DNA from: a virus
Taxonomy: Duplodnaviria; Caudoviricetes
Reading direction: 5' to 3' (one strand)
DNA length: 51,664 nucleotides
IMG/VR virus record: IMGVR_UViG_3300001473_000098
Location: 1 to 51,664 of that record
Part shown: positions 18,637 to 28,034 of the stretch, one piece after another
How the letters are laid out: every line of letters starts with the position of its first letter
Numbering within the stretch: the stretch's first letter is position 1
Position numbers and translations under genes: made by a program
Notes under the pieces: model-generated
Databases searched by the model: none
The model's input: only the letters and a program-made list of their open reading frames with translations
Told to the model about the DNA's origin: nothing

Positions 18637-19683
18637 CTAGTTCGAAGTCTTAAGTTCGACCAGGCACTCGGGTTGCTTGCACACAGCCAACCGGTTCGAT
18701 TGTGACTTCAACTCGTAACCCTCGCCGTGGTCGAGCTCCTTCACTGAAATATAGACCGTGTCCTGGTCCGGCTCCTCATTGATCATGTCAATGTGGTGCA
18801 CGGGGGCCTCGAACGTACGCATCATCGACTGTGTGCCGGACGGATAGGCATGCCCGGTATTCTCGGCAACGTTCGCCTCGGTCGTGATGTTTCCGCTGGA
18901 ATCTTTCACCGGCAAGCCGCCCTTGTACTCCCGAAAACGGACGTCGCCAAAATCAAACACGCGGCCCCAGGAACCGCCTAGCATTTGGCGATTCAACTCG
19001 CGATGCTCACTCGAGTTTTGAGCCTGCAACCAGAATTTTTCGACCTTCGCATGGGCAATCAGCTTGTTGAAAAACTTAGAATCGACAATCGACTCGACGC
19101 CGTTAGTTGTCTCTCCTTGCAGTTTGGTCATCGCATGGTCGATGGTTTCTTCGCACTTCTCGCGCACATCCGTACTTGCTGTGCCAAGCTTGAAATCCAC
19201 CGACTTCTTCGTAATGTCGAAGGCGTCGAAAAGGTCGTAGAGTTCAGTCCCTTCACCGTCCTTGATCACCCCTTTCAACATTCCGATCCGAATGTATTCC
19301 AGCGTAATCGAGTGGTTTCTCCGAATCTCCATCAACTTACGTGCAAGCTCCCGGTCGATCGAGCGCGGCGTAACTGTACCGTTGACCACTTCCAGGAGCC
19401 CGTCCGCATCGTCGACGCGGATCGACTCCAGGTGCGGGAAATGCGGAATTTCAAGAATGATGTATCCCTCGGACTTACCTGGGCCCACGGTGCCCGGAGC
19501 GCCGCGTTCTCGTGCGGCGAGCACATAGAGTTTGCCATCTTTCAACTCTATCCGAACATAGCGCGTGGTTCTTGGCTCAATCGGCGCCAAGCCGAGTGCG
19601 TTGATCATACCGTAGGTGTTCGGGAGACGGTTCACTTCCTGAGTGAGGTCGACATTTGTGTAGGAAAAATCGAATTCAGGCAT
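18637..19683 (-). CDS. Major capsid protein (lambda gpE family)
   Basis: 348 aa; LTQEVNRLP, RERGAPG, TLEY.RIG.LKG, QSNRLAVCKQPE. Confidence 0.92.
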   Translation of the reverse strand: MPEFDFSYTNVDLTQEVNRLPNTYGMINALGLAPIEPRTTRYVRIELKDGKLYVLAARERGAPGTVGPGKSEGYIILEIPHFPHLESIRVDDADGLLEVVNGTVTPRSIDRELARKLMEIRRNHSITLEYIRIGMLKGVIKDGEGTELYDLFDAFDITKKSVDFKLGTASTDVREKCEETIDHAMTKLQGETTNGVESIVDSKFFNKLIAHAKVEKFWLQAQNSSEHRELNRQMLGGSWGRVFDFGDVRFREYKGGLPVKDSSGNITTEANVAENTGHAYPSGTQSMMRTFEAPVHHIDMINEEPDQDTVYISVKELDHGEGYELKSQSNRLAVCKQPECLVELKTSN

Positions 19684-19830
19684 CTTACAGCCCTTTCATG
19701 GTCGCAAGGCGCGGACAACCGCACTGTTAAAGGATGGGTGGATTGGCTGGCCGAAGATCGCGAGCCCAAGCAAGTGCCGCGAGTGGCACGGCAACTTGCT
19801 TGGAACCTGTGGCCATGAGTGATAAAGGCC

Positions 19831-20808
19831 TCAGCGCACCAGAATGTTGCGCGCCTCGAGCTTGGCGAGAGCCGTTGCTTTCTGCGCCAGCGTGATACCC
19901 GACGGCCAGACGATTTCGCCCTGGAAAAGAAGCGCCGGGCCGCGGAGCAGACCAAGGCCGCCGGCTGCATCGGCGCCATCAGAAGCAACAATGTCCTTGA
20001 GCGCGATACCCCAGATCACTTCGGTACCGTCCGTCGCGCCCGGGGCCCAGGCGACCGCCTTTCCAACAATGCCCGAAAGTGAAACGGTGAACTTGTCACC
20101 GAGAGCAAAGTCGATCGCGCCGTCAGCGATAGTAAACTGGATATGCGTACCTGCATACGCCACGCCCACCGTTGCGTTTGCGAGCACAGAACCATCCGGC
20201 GCGGATACAGAAAACAGCCCGCCATCGGTCGGGACAACCGCCGACACCGTCACACGAAATATATCACCGGCAACAAAATCAGCGGCGCCGTCCGCGATCG
20301 TAAATTTAATCACATTGTCGAACAGCGTACCGACGACGCCTGTTCCGACAAGGGTTCCGTCCGGGTCCTCAACCTGAAACGTTCCGAGGTTCGACACGGG
20401 TTCAATGAATGTTACCGTATAGACCCCCGCTTTGACGCCTTCGGCTGTCTTCGTCATGTGCATTGTTCCAGCACCGTTTCCGGTATTGCCAGCATCAGCC
20501 GCAATCACGCCGTCGAAGTCGCCCCCGATACATTCAACGATGTAGTTGCCTTCCTGGGCGATTGCGCCAATCGGCGTGGTCACATCCATGAACAAAGTGC
20601 CATCGCCGGTATTGCCTGCATCGGCCGCCACGGCGGCTGCGCCGGCAGTGACGCTTTGGGCCAGCAATTCTCCCATTTTCACCACACGCTCCGCCCCTGA
20701 ACCCGCGAGCAGCGTGAAACCAGAACGACAAAATTCGGCATTAAGTTCATACTTCAAAAGATCCGACGGCCGTTTCGGCGCCGTGCCCTTATAAATCTGC
20801 ATGGTCAT
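19831..20808 (-). CDS. Head decoration protein (gpD-like) with inserted, duplicated beta domain
   Basis: SDLLKYE..CRS at the N-terminus, WAPGATDGTE..GI..LEARNILVR at the C-terminus; two GNTG and two FTIADG..DF..GD.F motifs. Confidence 0.8.
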   Translation of the reverse strand: MTMQIYKGTAPKRPSDLLKYELNAEFCRSGFTLLAGSGAERVVKMGELLAQSVTAGAAAVAADAGNTGDGTLFMDVTTPIGAIAQEGNYIVECIGGDFDGVIAADAGNTGNGAGTMHMTKTAEGVKAGVYTVTFIEPVSNLGTFQVEDPDGTLVGTGVVGTLFDNVIKFTIADGAADFVAGDIFRVTVSAVVPTDGGLFSVSAPDGSVLANATVGVAYAGTHIQFTIADGAIDFALGDKFTVSLSGIVGKAVAWAPGATDGTEVIWGIALKDIVASDGADAAGGLGLLRGPALLFQGEIVWPSGITLAQKATALAKLEARNILVR

Positions 20809-20876
20809 GGTGGATTCCTTTCTAGTGACCTGTCAGTCGTCGACGCAAAGCCGCGGACGCAGAAGCGCGCGAACAA

Positions 20877-21293
20877 TCAACGTTGTTTTAGCCGTTCGGA
20901 CTGCGCTGAAATCAAACGAGAAAGTCCGGAAGTTGGCTTGTCGCCACCCGCCGTCGCCTCACCAACGGGATCGCGGTCAGACGCTCGATCTTCAAGCGAA
21001 GCCGAAGGGGCTTCCGGCTTCTCCGGAGCCGCAGTAACATTCGCCGAGACGAACCCGATCACATCCTCGGCGCTCATTTGCGGCGATTTGGCAGCAAGTT
21101 CCATTGCAGCCGACATCTTTTTGGCGTTACCTGCGACACCTTCCGCGCCGACGATTGCGGCGAGCCGTTGCCGTTCAGAGTCGGCACCCGCCTTCTCTCC
21201 TTCAGCCCGAGCCGCGGAGACCGCCGTTTCGTGATCAGCCCTTGGAATGCCCGCATTCTGTTCGACGACGGGTGCGTCGGTGGATTCGCTCAT
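20877..21293 (-). CDS. Nested in-frame scaffold protein (Nu3-like)
   Basis: Internal ATG (MSESTDAPVV) with GGAG at 21301-21304; Ala/Glu-rich. Confidence 0.55.
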   Translation of the reverse strand: MSESTDAPVVEQNAGIPRADHETAVSAARAEGEKAGADSERQRLAAIVGAEGVAGNAKKMSAAMELAAKSPQMSAEDVIGFVSANVTAAPEKPEAPSASLEDRASDRDPVGEATAGGDKPTSGLSRLISAQSERLKQR

Positions 21294-22160
21294 GGATGAT
21301 CTCCGATTTTGCGAGTTGAGGGTGCCCCTACCGGGGGCAGTGGAAAGTTCCGAAATAAGACCTTCAAAGCTTCCAAGGCGGTCAGCCATACCGGCTGCAA
21401 CTGCCTTCGCGCCGGGGAGCATATCCCCCTGGCCAAACTTCTCATCGACTGTCGTCTCGGAGACGCCACGATTGCGCGCAACAGCGGACACAAAGATGTC
21501 GCCAAGATCGTCCACGACGCGTTGAATCCGTGCGCGTCCGTCTTCGGAATCCATATTCGGTCTCTTGCCCGGTGCGCGCCTGGAAATAAATTCCACTCGC
21601 CGGACACCACGGCTTTCGTCCCTGGCAGTCGTATCTGTCACTTCAAGCGCGACGCCGATCGAGCCCAGCAATGCGGTCGTATCGATCACAATTTCGGATG
21701 CCGCCGATGCAATCCAATAGGCACCAGACGCCCCCGTGCCGCCGATGTATGCGATGATCGGTTTTCGAGACCGTGCGGCGAATATTGCGTCCGCTAGTTC
21801 CGACACCCCATTAACTTCCCCGCCAGGGCTGTCGATATTCAAAATGATCGACTTGAACGACGGATCGTCGAGGGCCTTTTGGAGGTCGCGGCGCACCATG
21901 TCATAAGATGTGGCGCCACTTATATCTGTGAAGATGTTTGCCCGCCGAAACATCGGCCCGATAACCGGTATGATTGCTGTTTCCCCCCTGACGGTCAGCC
22001 GCTCGGCGGACGGAACGAAACGAGCTCGATATGCCTCCAAAGTTTCCGGTGAAACATCGTTTTCCCGCGCTGCAATCGTGAACAGTTCTTCAACTCTCTC
22101 CGGCAGCATCAACCATGGCGCTGACCGCGCGGCTTCCAAAACTCTCGTCATGGATATCAC
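20877..22160 (-). CDS. Capsid maturation protease (S49, lambda gpC-like)
   Basis: IDSPGGEV, ASGAYWIASAA, GSIGV. Confidence 0.93.
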   Translation of the reverse strand: MISMTRVLEAARSAPWLMLPERVEELFTIAARENDVSPETLEAYRARFVPSAERLTVRGETAIIPVIGPMFRRANIFTDISGATSYDMVRRDLQKALDDPSFKSIILNIDSPGGEVNGVSELADAIFAARSRKPIIAYIGGTGASGAYWIASAASEIVIDTTALLGSIGVALEVTDTTARDESRGVRRVEFISRRAPGKRPNMDSEDGRARIQRVVDDLGDIFVSAVARNRGVSETTVDEKFGQGDMLPGAKAVAAGMADRLGSFEGLISELSTAPGRGTLNSQNRRSSMSESTDAPVVEQNAGIPRADHETAVSAARAEGEKAGADSERQRLAAIVGAEGVAGNAKKMSAAMELAAKSPQMSAEDVIGFVSANVTAAPEKPEAPSASLEDRASDRDPVGEATAGGDKPTSGLSRLISAQSERLKQR

Positions 22161-22411
22161 CCGAAGGTTATCGCACGCCTAGACGGACGTCCTGTCGTCT
22201 TGCGCGCGCATTCCAGTTTGAGGATCCTGATCCGCTGTTGCAGCGCCATCCGATCCGTTTGAGCGAATTCTTTGCGAACCGAAGAAACTTGGGTCCGCAT
22301 CTCAATTTCGGACGTCCGCTCACCAGCAAGAAGGCGGTCGAGTGCCTCCTGAAGTTTTGGCCAAACAGCGCACGGGTCGCTCATATCGATACCGGTAAAG
22401 ATTGACGTCAT
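22157..22411 (-). CDS. Head completion protein (gpW-like)
   Basis: DPC..LQEALDRLLAGE..RRAITFG; coupled to the portal gene. Confidence 0.8.
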   Translation of the reverse strand: MTSIFTGIDMSDPCAVWPKLQEALDRLLAGERTSEIEMRTQVSSVRKEFAQTDRMALQQRIRILKLECARKTTGRPSRRAITFG

Positions 22412-23982
22412 GCCGAGCCGCGCTCCTCGTCGTCATCCTCTTCCCGTTCAGCCCCGATAGTATTGCCCATCGTACTAGTCGACGGTTCATCCAAGCCTCT
22501 GGAAGTACGGCTCTCCCGTTCCCGGGAAAGCTGTTCGTGAACATCCTCGATGTCATCACCACGGTCGGCCGCGATCCGCTGCTGTGTCTTCACACCAAGG
22601 CGGTAGTAAATTTCATCGGCCTTGGCCGCCTTTATCTCGTCGGCAACAGGTTTCGGCGGTCCGCGCCATTCCGCGCGGGTCGCTGCGGCGCGATTACGCA
22701 CGAAGCCGTCGATCCCTCCCGGAAACGATGTGAAGCCGCGGTCGATATCCTCTTCCAACCAGGCATCGTAGTCAGTCTGACGAAAGGGCACTGCAATATG
22801 TTGTCTGCGATAGAGTGTGATGGGCCAATTCTTGGCGATACCGTTCTGCAACGATGAATATGACGACCCGCGATAGTCCCCAGTCAAATCTTCAAAAAGG
22901 CAACCGAAACAACGCGCCACTTCGCGCAGGAGAAAATTGGCATGGGGCTCATAATTCGAGTTGGGATGTTTCGAACCCTGCAAATTCAGCCGCTCGCCAG
23001 CCATAAGGTGAGGGATTTTGCCATAGCTCCCCAGCCGGATGTCCACTTTCTTGTGCCACTTGGCCGTCTCCGCCATATAGTCCATGAACGGAGCCGAGGT
23101 GTCGTCCCCGCCAAGCGCCGCGAGCACTTCTTCAGTGGGATAGTCACTCTCTACAGTCGCTGCGAAGATTGCATGCAACAGCGCGGCATGCAGGGTCGAA
23201 CCGGACAGCCGGTCGAAGTTTCGTAACGTGTTTAGCACCGGAGCGAATAATGTGATTCCACGATACTGTCCCGCCATGCCGTCGAAGACAAGATTGATGA
23301 TCGTCCGGCCAAAACGATCGCGAGCCCGGAATTCCACGTCCCTCTTGATGCCGTGGCTGTCCGGCAACCGCAGTTTATAGGATTTCGGTGCACCATTGCC
23401 ATCGAGCCTAACCCCCTGATGGAGCCGCTCATGCGGGTTTGTTTCTCGGCTCAGCCAGTGCGACGGCAAAAGCCTGACGCGTGTCGCTGTCTCTATACCC
23501 GGACGATTGATCATCACGATCTGAGTTAGCCCTTCGCCCGTGGCGAACCACTGTCTGAGATGTGCCGCCTCCATCTGACCTGCTGTGTATCGACCGCCCG
23601 CGTCGACCGCCCATTTGTTGCGGCATCGCGCTTCATAGCGCCTCTCCACACGACGGGCCCAGACTGAGGCTTCACTTGCGGTCCAGCCAAGTGCCTCGTA
23701 ATCCGGCTGTGCATTAAGCTTCAATCCGGAACCGATGATCGTGGAAATTGCCGCATCCACGCCACCGGCGATCCATCCATTGTTCTGCAGCACCTCGATG
23801 GTTCGAGCCGCAGCCGGCGTCCAGGCCCGCCTTACGTCTTCGGAAATATCGCGCAGCGGCGGACCGCCAATCAGGAGGTCGCTTTTCTCCTCGATCGGCC
23901 CGCGCATATAACCTGCACGCGGAACCATCGACTGAACCGGCGGCAGAGACCGCGGCCGGGATATGTTTGCAATTGTTGACAT
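22408..23982 (-). CDS. Portal protein (lambda family)
   Basis: QGVRLDGNGAP..Y, GQYRGI, LTGDY..SYSS. Confidence 0.93.
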   Translation of the reverse strand: MSTIANISRPRSLPPVQSMVPRAGYMRGPIEEKSDLLIGGPPLRDISEDVRRAWTPAAARTIEVLQNNGWIAGGVDAAISTIIGSGLKLNAQPDYEALGWTASEASVWARRVERRYEARCRNKWAVDAGGRYTAGQMEAAHLRQWFATGEGLTQIVMINRPGIETATRVRLLPSHWLSRETNPHERLHQGVRLDGNGAPKSYKLRLPDSHGIKRDVEFRARDRFGRTIINLVFDGMAGQYRGITLFAPVLNTLRNFDRLSGSTLHAALLHAIFAATVESDYPTEEVLAALGGDDTSAPFMDYMAETAKWHKKVDIRLGSYGKIPHLMAGERLNLQGSKHPNSNYEPHANFLLREVARCFGCLFEDLTGDYRGSSYSSLQNGIAKNWPITLYRRQHIAVPFRQTDYDAWLEEDIDRGFTSFPGGIDGFVRNRAAATRAEWRGPPKPVADEIKAAKADEIYYRLGVKTQQRIAADRGDDIEDVHEQLSRERESRTSRGLDEPSTSTMGNTIGAEREEDDDEERGSA

Positions 23983-23986
23983 GGCG

Positions 23987-25963
23987 TCAGGAATTCAAGC
24001 TCGCTGCAATCTCGGAGAGAGTCGGTCGTTTCCGCGCTTGCGCCGAAGTTTCAGGTTCGGCGGCGATCTGCTCGACCACACCGGACAAGAGGTCTACCTG
24101 TGGGGTCGAAAACCTCGCTCTTAGGCGGGCCCAGCCGTCAGCCGTAAGTCGAGATAGGCCGAGATGTTCCGCCATCGCCATCGCGTAAATTCGGGTATCA
24201 AGGAAGTGGTTATCACGCCGAATTTTTCGCCATTCTTCGACCAACCGGCCCCGCTTGATCTCGGTGTGGAAGTATTCCGCGGTCACCATCTTGAAGTAAT
24301 CCTCGCCATGCCAGCGAGCGAAATGACAGTATCCCGGCGGATCCTCCGGTTCTCCCGCTGCGACACCGACCTTGTGCAGATTACCGTAGAGTTCGCCTTT
24401 CAGGGACCAGGTCCCCACTGGCCAAGTCTGCGCACCCTTAAACTTCTGTCGCTTACCCCTCCGGTTCACTGACCGCTTCTGCGGCAGTGAGATCGCCGGA
24501 ACGCCGCGCCCAGGCATGCCCTTGACCGCGTACGTGTTCGGACGCCGGCGACACCATTCCAGCACCTGTGTTGTCCGGTTGCCGTCGCCAGCGTCGACCG
24601 CCAGTGCCTCGATCCGTCGGTCACCGTTTCCGAAGGCATCCGGGAACGACTGGCGATAGAGCTCATCCAGTCGCAACCAAGCACCGGCATTCGGGTCGTC
24701 AGTTGAACCGTCTATGATTTCCACGTGCACCGACCACGATTGCCGATCCTCCGCAAAAGCAACGAGTTCGACATAGATTTCATTGTGCCCAACATCAGCG
24801 CCACCGACAAAGATCAGGCCCTCGGCAGGGATCCGCCCCTCCGGATAGTCCTCACGCCGCTCCATCAGCCGCTGATGGTCGGGAGCGTTACCGCGCATCG
24901 CATATGGCAACGCAAGCACTAGATTCGAAAAATCCTTCTCGCCAGCCTCGCCTTTACCTTCCGATGCCAGGAAATCTTCAGCAATTGCCTCATAAGACAT
25001 CATCAGCGACATGAATGCATCAATATGAAACCCAGGATGCAGATCCGGGCCGCTTTCAGTCGCAACATACCGTCCGACTCGCACCATCGACACACGTTCC
25101 GTTTCACTGATCCGATGGCCATTCGGACACACCTGGCAGCTCCTGTGCGGATGGTCGCGATCAATTTCGAAACTCGACCGGGTCTGCACGAACTCCTCGT
25201 CACAATGCGGGCAACGCACCATCCAAACGCGCTGATCCGAGCGGATGTAACTGCGATCGATCCGACAATGCCCCGGCCCTTCACCAAGTTCGTCTCCACT
25301 GTCATATTCAGGTGTCGACAATCGGAAAATCTTGTAGGATTTCTGCCGGCGAAATGCAGTAAATCGCCCAAAGAACAGAGTTTCAGGATCCGCACCGTTC
25401 GGTAGCATCTGCCATTTCGAAAGTTCGTCCTGGACTCCGTAGCGTGCGGTTTTGGCCGACAGATCCATAACCGTGTTTGCGTTGGCAAGAATCAACACTC
25501 CACCCGGAAACTTTTTCTTGTGCGTCGACGATCCGCCTGATGCCCGGGTCGTCACCGGCAGAATAACTCTTTTGCCAGTTGCCTTCTGCCATTCGTCAAT
25601 CATCGGCTGCAGTTTTTCGCCTGACATCTCCGCAAGTGCGTCCACACCGGGCACTCCGTACAGGATATTGTCTGGGGCGTGTTCCGCGAGATAGAGACAC
25701 CAGGCCAACGCCAGGATTGATACCCCCGATTGCTGGCATTTCCGCGCAGTGATGAAATTCGCGGGATGACTCAGGTCAAGACATTCTGCGATCGCCGGTA
25801 AGTACGGCGCGTCCTCAATCGACCAGAATTCGCCTTTTTTCGGTCCGTCGACCAGAACGATGTTTTTTTGAAGCCAGTCGACAAAACGAGGCCGCGGCCT
25901 TGGGCGGATCCCCTCCGACAATGTTGCTCCGACCAGGCGCAACGCTCCGACGTGCGTATTCAT
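23987..25963 (-). CDS. Terminase large subunit (lambda GpA family)
   Basis: QDELSKW Walker B, STP, CPHC, GADV, AVDAG, NHFLDT. Confidence 0.95.
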   Translation of the reverse strand: MNTHVGALRLVGATLSEGIRPRPRPRFVDWLQKNIVLVDGPKKGEFWSIEDAPYLPAIAECLDLSHPANFITARKCQQSGVSILALAWCLYLAEHAPDNILYGVPGVDALAEMSGEKLQPMIDEWQKATGKRVILPVTTRASGGSSTHKKKFPGGVLILANANTVMDLSAKTARYGVQDELSKWQMLPNGADPETLFFGRFTAFRRQKSYKIFRLSTPEYDSGDELGEGPGHCRIDRSYIRSDQRVWMVRCPHCDEEFVQTRSSFEIDRDHPHRSCQVCPNGHRISETERVSMVRVGRYVATESGPDLHPGFHIDAFMSLMMSYEAIAEDFLASEGKGEAGEKDFSNLVLALPYAMRGNAPDHQRLMERREDYPEGRIPAEGLIFVGGADVGHNEIYVELVAFAEDRQSWSVHVEIIDGSTDDPNAGAWLRLDELYRQSFPDAFGNGDRRIEALAVDAGDGNRTTQVLEWCRRRPNTYAVKGMPGRGVPAISLPQKRSVNRRGKRQKFKGAQTWPVGTWSLKGELYGNLHKVGVAAGEPEDPPGYCHFARWHGEDYFKMVTAEYFHTEIKRGRLVEEWRKIRRDNHFLDTRIYAMAMAEHLGLSRLTADGWARLRARFSTPQVDLLSGVVEQIAAEPETSAQARKRPTLSEIAASLNS

Positions 25964-26517
25964 GCGTCGACGTCCTCGATAAGAGAATCCGTTTCCGGAG
26001 CGGCGTCAGCAATTGTCGCCAGTATGTCTGCGATATCGGTATTCATGTTTTTCGCAGATTCCCTCAGCAGCACCCGGAGCCCATGGGCACCCTCCTTCGA
26101 AACCGCAAGGGCGCCTTCATCGGCTACGTTCGCGATCCGATCGACGCGCGCTTGAATTTCACTGGCGCACCGCTCAAGAGCAATCACCAGCATGTCCTTG
26201 CGAACGAGGTTACCGAGTTGCTCCTGCCGTTCCAGCTTCAACCGGTCGACCTTCAGCCACTCCGATTGACGCCGCGCCTCATCGAAGGAATCCGATGCAG
26301 CCGCCGGCTGCTTCCGCTGGGTTTTGGCTGGATTGACATACTGTCCACGGTGATGTTCGAAATGTGCCAACGAGATTGTTTTGACACGGCCACGGGTATC
26401 CCGTTCAACCGGAAGATCCGGCATGGCCTTAACCGCTTTCGATATCGCCTGGACGGACACCCCTTCGCGTTCAGCGATCTCCTTCAGCGTCACCATCACG
26501 TGAGGTTCGTCTGTCAA
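25960..26517 (-). CDS. Terminase small subunit
   Basis: N-terminal HTH (LKEIAEREGVSVQAISK), coiled coil with GNLV; ATGA-coupled to TerL; TTG start. Confidence 0.85.
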   Translation of the reverse strand: MTDEPHVMVTLKEIAEREGVSVQAISKAVKAMPDLPVERDTRGRVKTISLAHFEHHRGQYVNPAKTQRKQPAAASDSFDEARRQSEWLKVDRLKLERQEQLGNLVRKDMLVIALERCASEIQARVDRIANVADEGALAVSKEGAHGLRVLLRESAKNMNTDIADILATIADAAPETDSLIEDVDA

Positions 26518-26652
26518 CCGCTAGGCCTCTTTCTGTAAACCCTGTCAACCCAATCTCAGAGTTTGATTTACTGCACAAATCTCGGGGTCCCCCGGCCCCG
26601 CGCGGCCCAATGGGGCCGGTACGGTCCCTACGGTGTTGCAGAGATGCAACAC
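26511..26652. other. Candidate cos/packaging region
   Basis: CTGT(C/A)AACC x3 at 26511, 26533 and 26542; GC-rich dyad at ~26583-26628; IR GTGTTGCA-gaga-TGCAACAC at 26633-26652; directly upstream of terS. Confidence 0.4.
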
Positions 26653-26687
26653 AGCGTCGGAACGGCCGAAAACCGCAGAAAACCGCG

Positions 26688-27212
26688 TCATTTCGGCAAC
26701 AGGCGTAGGGTTTCGTGCAAAAGGCGTGGCGCCAGGTGGATGTTTCCGACTTCAGCCAGGACGTCGGCGAAAACATCCGGATGATTTCCGATATCGCTTG
26801 CCGGGTTCGGGCCGAACAGCTCCTGGATCGGCGTGCGGCGCGACGTCTTGCGCTTGAACGCGCCCTCGTGGCCGCTGGCCATGGTGGCTATGAAGCCGCC
26901 GGCGATCGTTCCGCGCCCTCGAACCGACACACCCTTGGTGTTTTGCCTCGCGCCCATCTTGATCAGCGGAACCCAGCCCGACCGGACAACGTGTTCCAGC
27001 GTGTCGGACCCGGTGTTGAGCATGGTGTAGACTTCGCGGATGTGCTTCTGGGCAAGTTTGATCCGCTGTGACGACCGCTTGACGACGCGGGTGCGGACCA
27101 TGGAGTTCATGCGGCGCATGGTGCGGCCGAAGGCCTTGGCCCGCATTTCCATCGGCAGACGCGCGAAGGCGCGCCCCAGCCGGTCATACTCGGCAGCGTC
27201 TACGTGAAGCAT
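26688..27212 (-). CDS. Minor tail protein Z-like (gpZ)
   Basis: Basic protein with GFIATMASGHEGAFKR..PIQELFGP. Confidence 0.75.
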   Translation of the reverse strand: MLHVDAAEYDRLGRAFARLPMEMRAKAFGRTMRRMNSMVRTRVVKRSSQRIKLAQKHIREVYTMLNTGSDTLEHVVRSGWVPLIKMGARQNTKGVSVRGRGTIAGGFIATMASGHEGAFKRKTSRRTPIQELFGPNPASDIGNHPDVFADVLAEVGNIHLAPRLLHETLRLLPK

Positions 27213-27236
27213 TGATGTCTCGGAATATCCCCGGTC

Positions 27237-27261
27237 AAAACAGTCAGATCTGACTGGTTTG
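27237..27261 (-). repeat. 25-bp palindromic element, copy 1 (late leader)
   Basis: AAAACAGTCAGATCTGACTGGTTTG on +; 16-bp perfect core. Confidence 0.9.
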
Positions 27262-27265
27262 AATC

Positions 27266-27295
27266 AAAACGCCCGCCGGGGTTAGCCGTCGGGCG
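27266..27295 (-). terminator. tR'-like intrinsic terminator in the late leader
   Basis: Minus strand CGCCCGaCGG..CCGgCGGGCG followed by TTTTG. Confidence 0.6.
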
Positions 27296-27316
27296 CACTG
27301 GTTGAGATTGACGATT

Positions 27317-27345
27317 TGAATACACCCCCTCTAATACACTGTCAA
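27317..27345 (-). promoter_or_regulatory. Late promoter (PR'-like, sigma70)
   Basis: TTGACA-N17-TATTCA on the minus strand, between the late regulator and the structural operon. Confidence 0.7.
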
Positions 27346-27382
27346 CAGCAAATAGAAGGCCATAGAAACGCATCCCGAAATT

Positions 27383-28012
27383 TTATCTTTTTTTGTGTTC
27401 TTCGTTGAGTTCGACGTCTGACGGCATTTTCTCGGCCACACGGCGCAATGTAGAGCGCAAGGTCCGGCCGCATAGCTGTTTGGTGGCCGCGCGCGCGGTT
27501 CCGCGCTCGATCGCGTCCGGATCGTCTTCCAGGATGATCGCGGCCGATCCGACGGTCTGGAAATGGACGGCGACGCGAATCAGGATGATGAACGCTTCCT
27601 CGCCAACCAGTTCGGCTATCTCGCCAAGCATGGCGCCGGCCTCGGCATGGGCGTCCATCGAACTGACGATGATCCAGTCCCGATCAGCACGGCAGGACGT
27701 GTCGACCCGTTCGCCAAGCAAGGGCGAGGCGTTCGATCCGACATGGCTTGCCGCCGACGCCAGGGCGCGGATCCACCCGGCCGCCCGCACCTGGTCCTTG
27801 TTGAGGACCGTCCGCTTGCCGGATTTCTGCATGGCCAATTGCGTGATCGGGTCGACGCCCGACCGGCCCGCCATTCCGGATGCCGGACAGGCCGCCGCCA
27901 TAAGGCCGATCGCGCGCGACCGCCTATGATCGGCAAGGACCTTCCGCCGGGTGAAGTCATCACCGCCCGTTTCCGGGCTTTGATAGATGCTCTGATATGC
28001 CATGTTTCCCAT
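27383..28012 (-). CDS. Late-gene regulator (DUF6456/GafA-C-like, in the Q position)
   Basis: DPITQL..LNKDQVRAAG..ERVD; last early gene before the late promoter. Confidence 0.6.
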   Translation of the reverse strand: MGNMAYQSIYQSPETGGDDFTRRKVLADHRRSRAIGLMAAACPASGMAGRSGVDPITQLAMQKSGKRTVLNKDQVRAAGWIRALASAASHVGSNASPLLGERVDTSCRADRDWIIVSSMDAHAEAGAMLGEIAELVGEEAFIILIRVAVHFQTVGSAAIILEDDPDAIERGTARAATKQLCGRTLRSTLRRVAEKMPSDVELNEEHKKR

Positions 28013-28034
28013 TTCCGCCTGCTAGAACCGCCGA

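Noticed and set aside
25715-25750. Terminase Walker A lacks the canonical GKT (RKCQQSGVS)
   Set aside because: GpA-family terminases often have a deviant Walker A; the rest of the gene is intact, so not called a pseudogene
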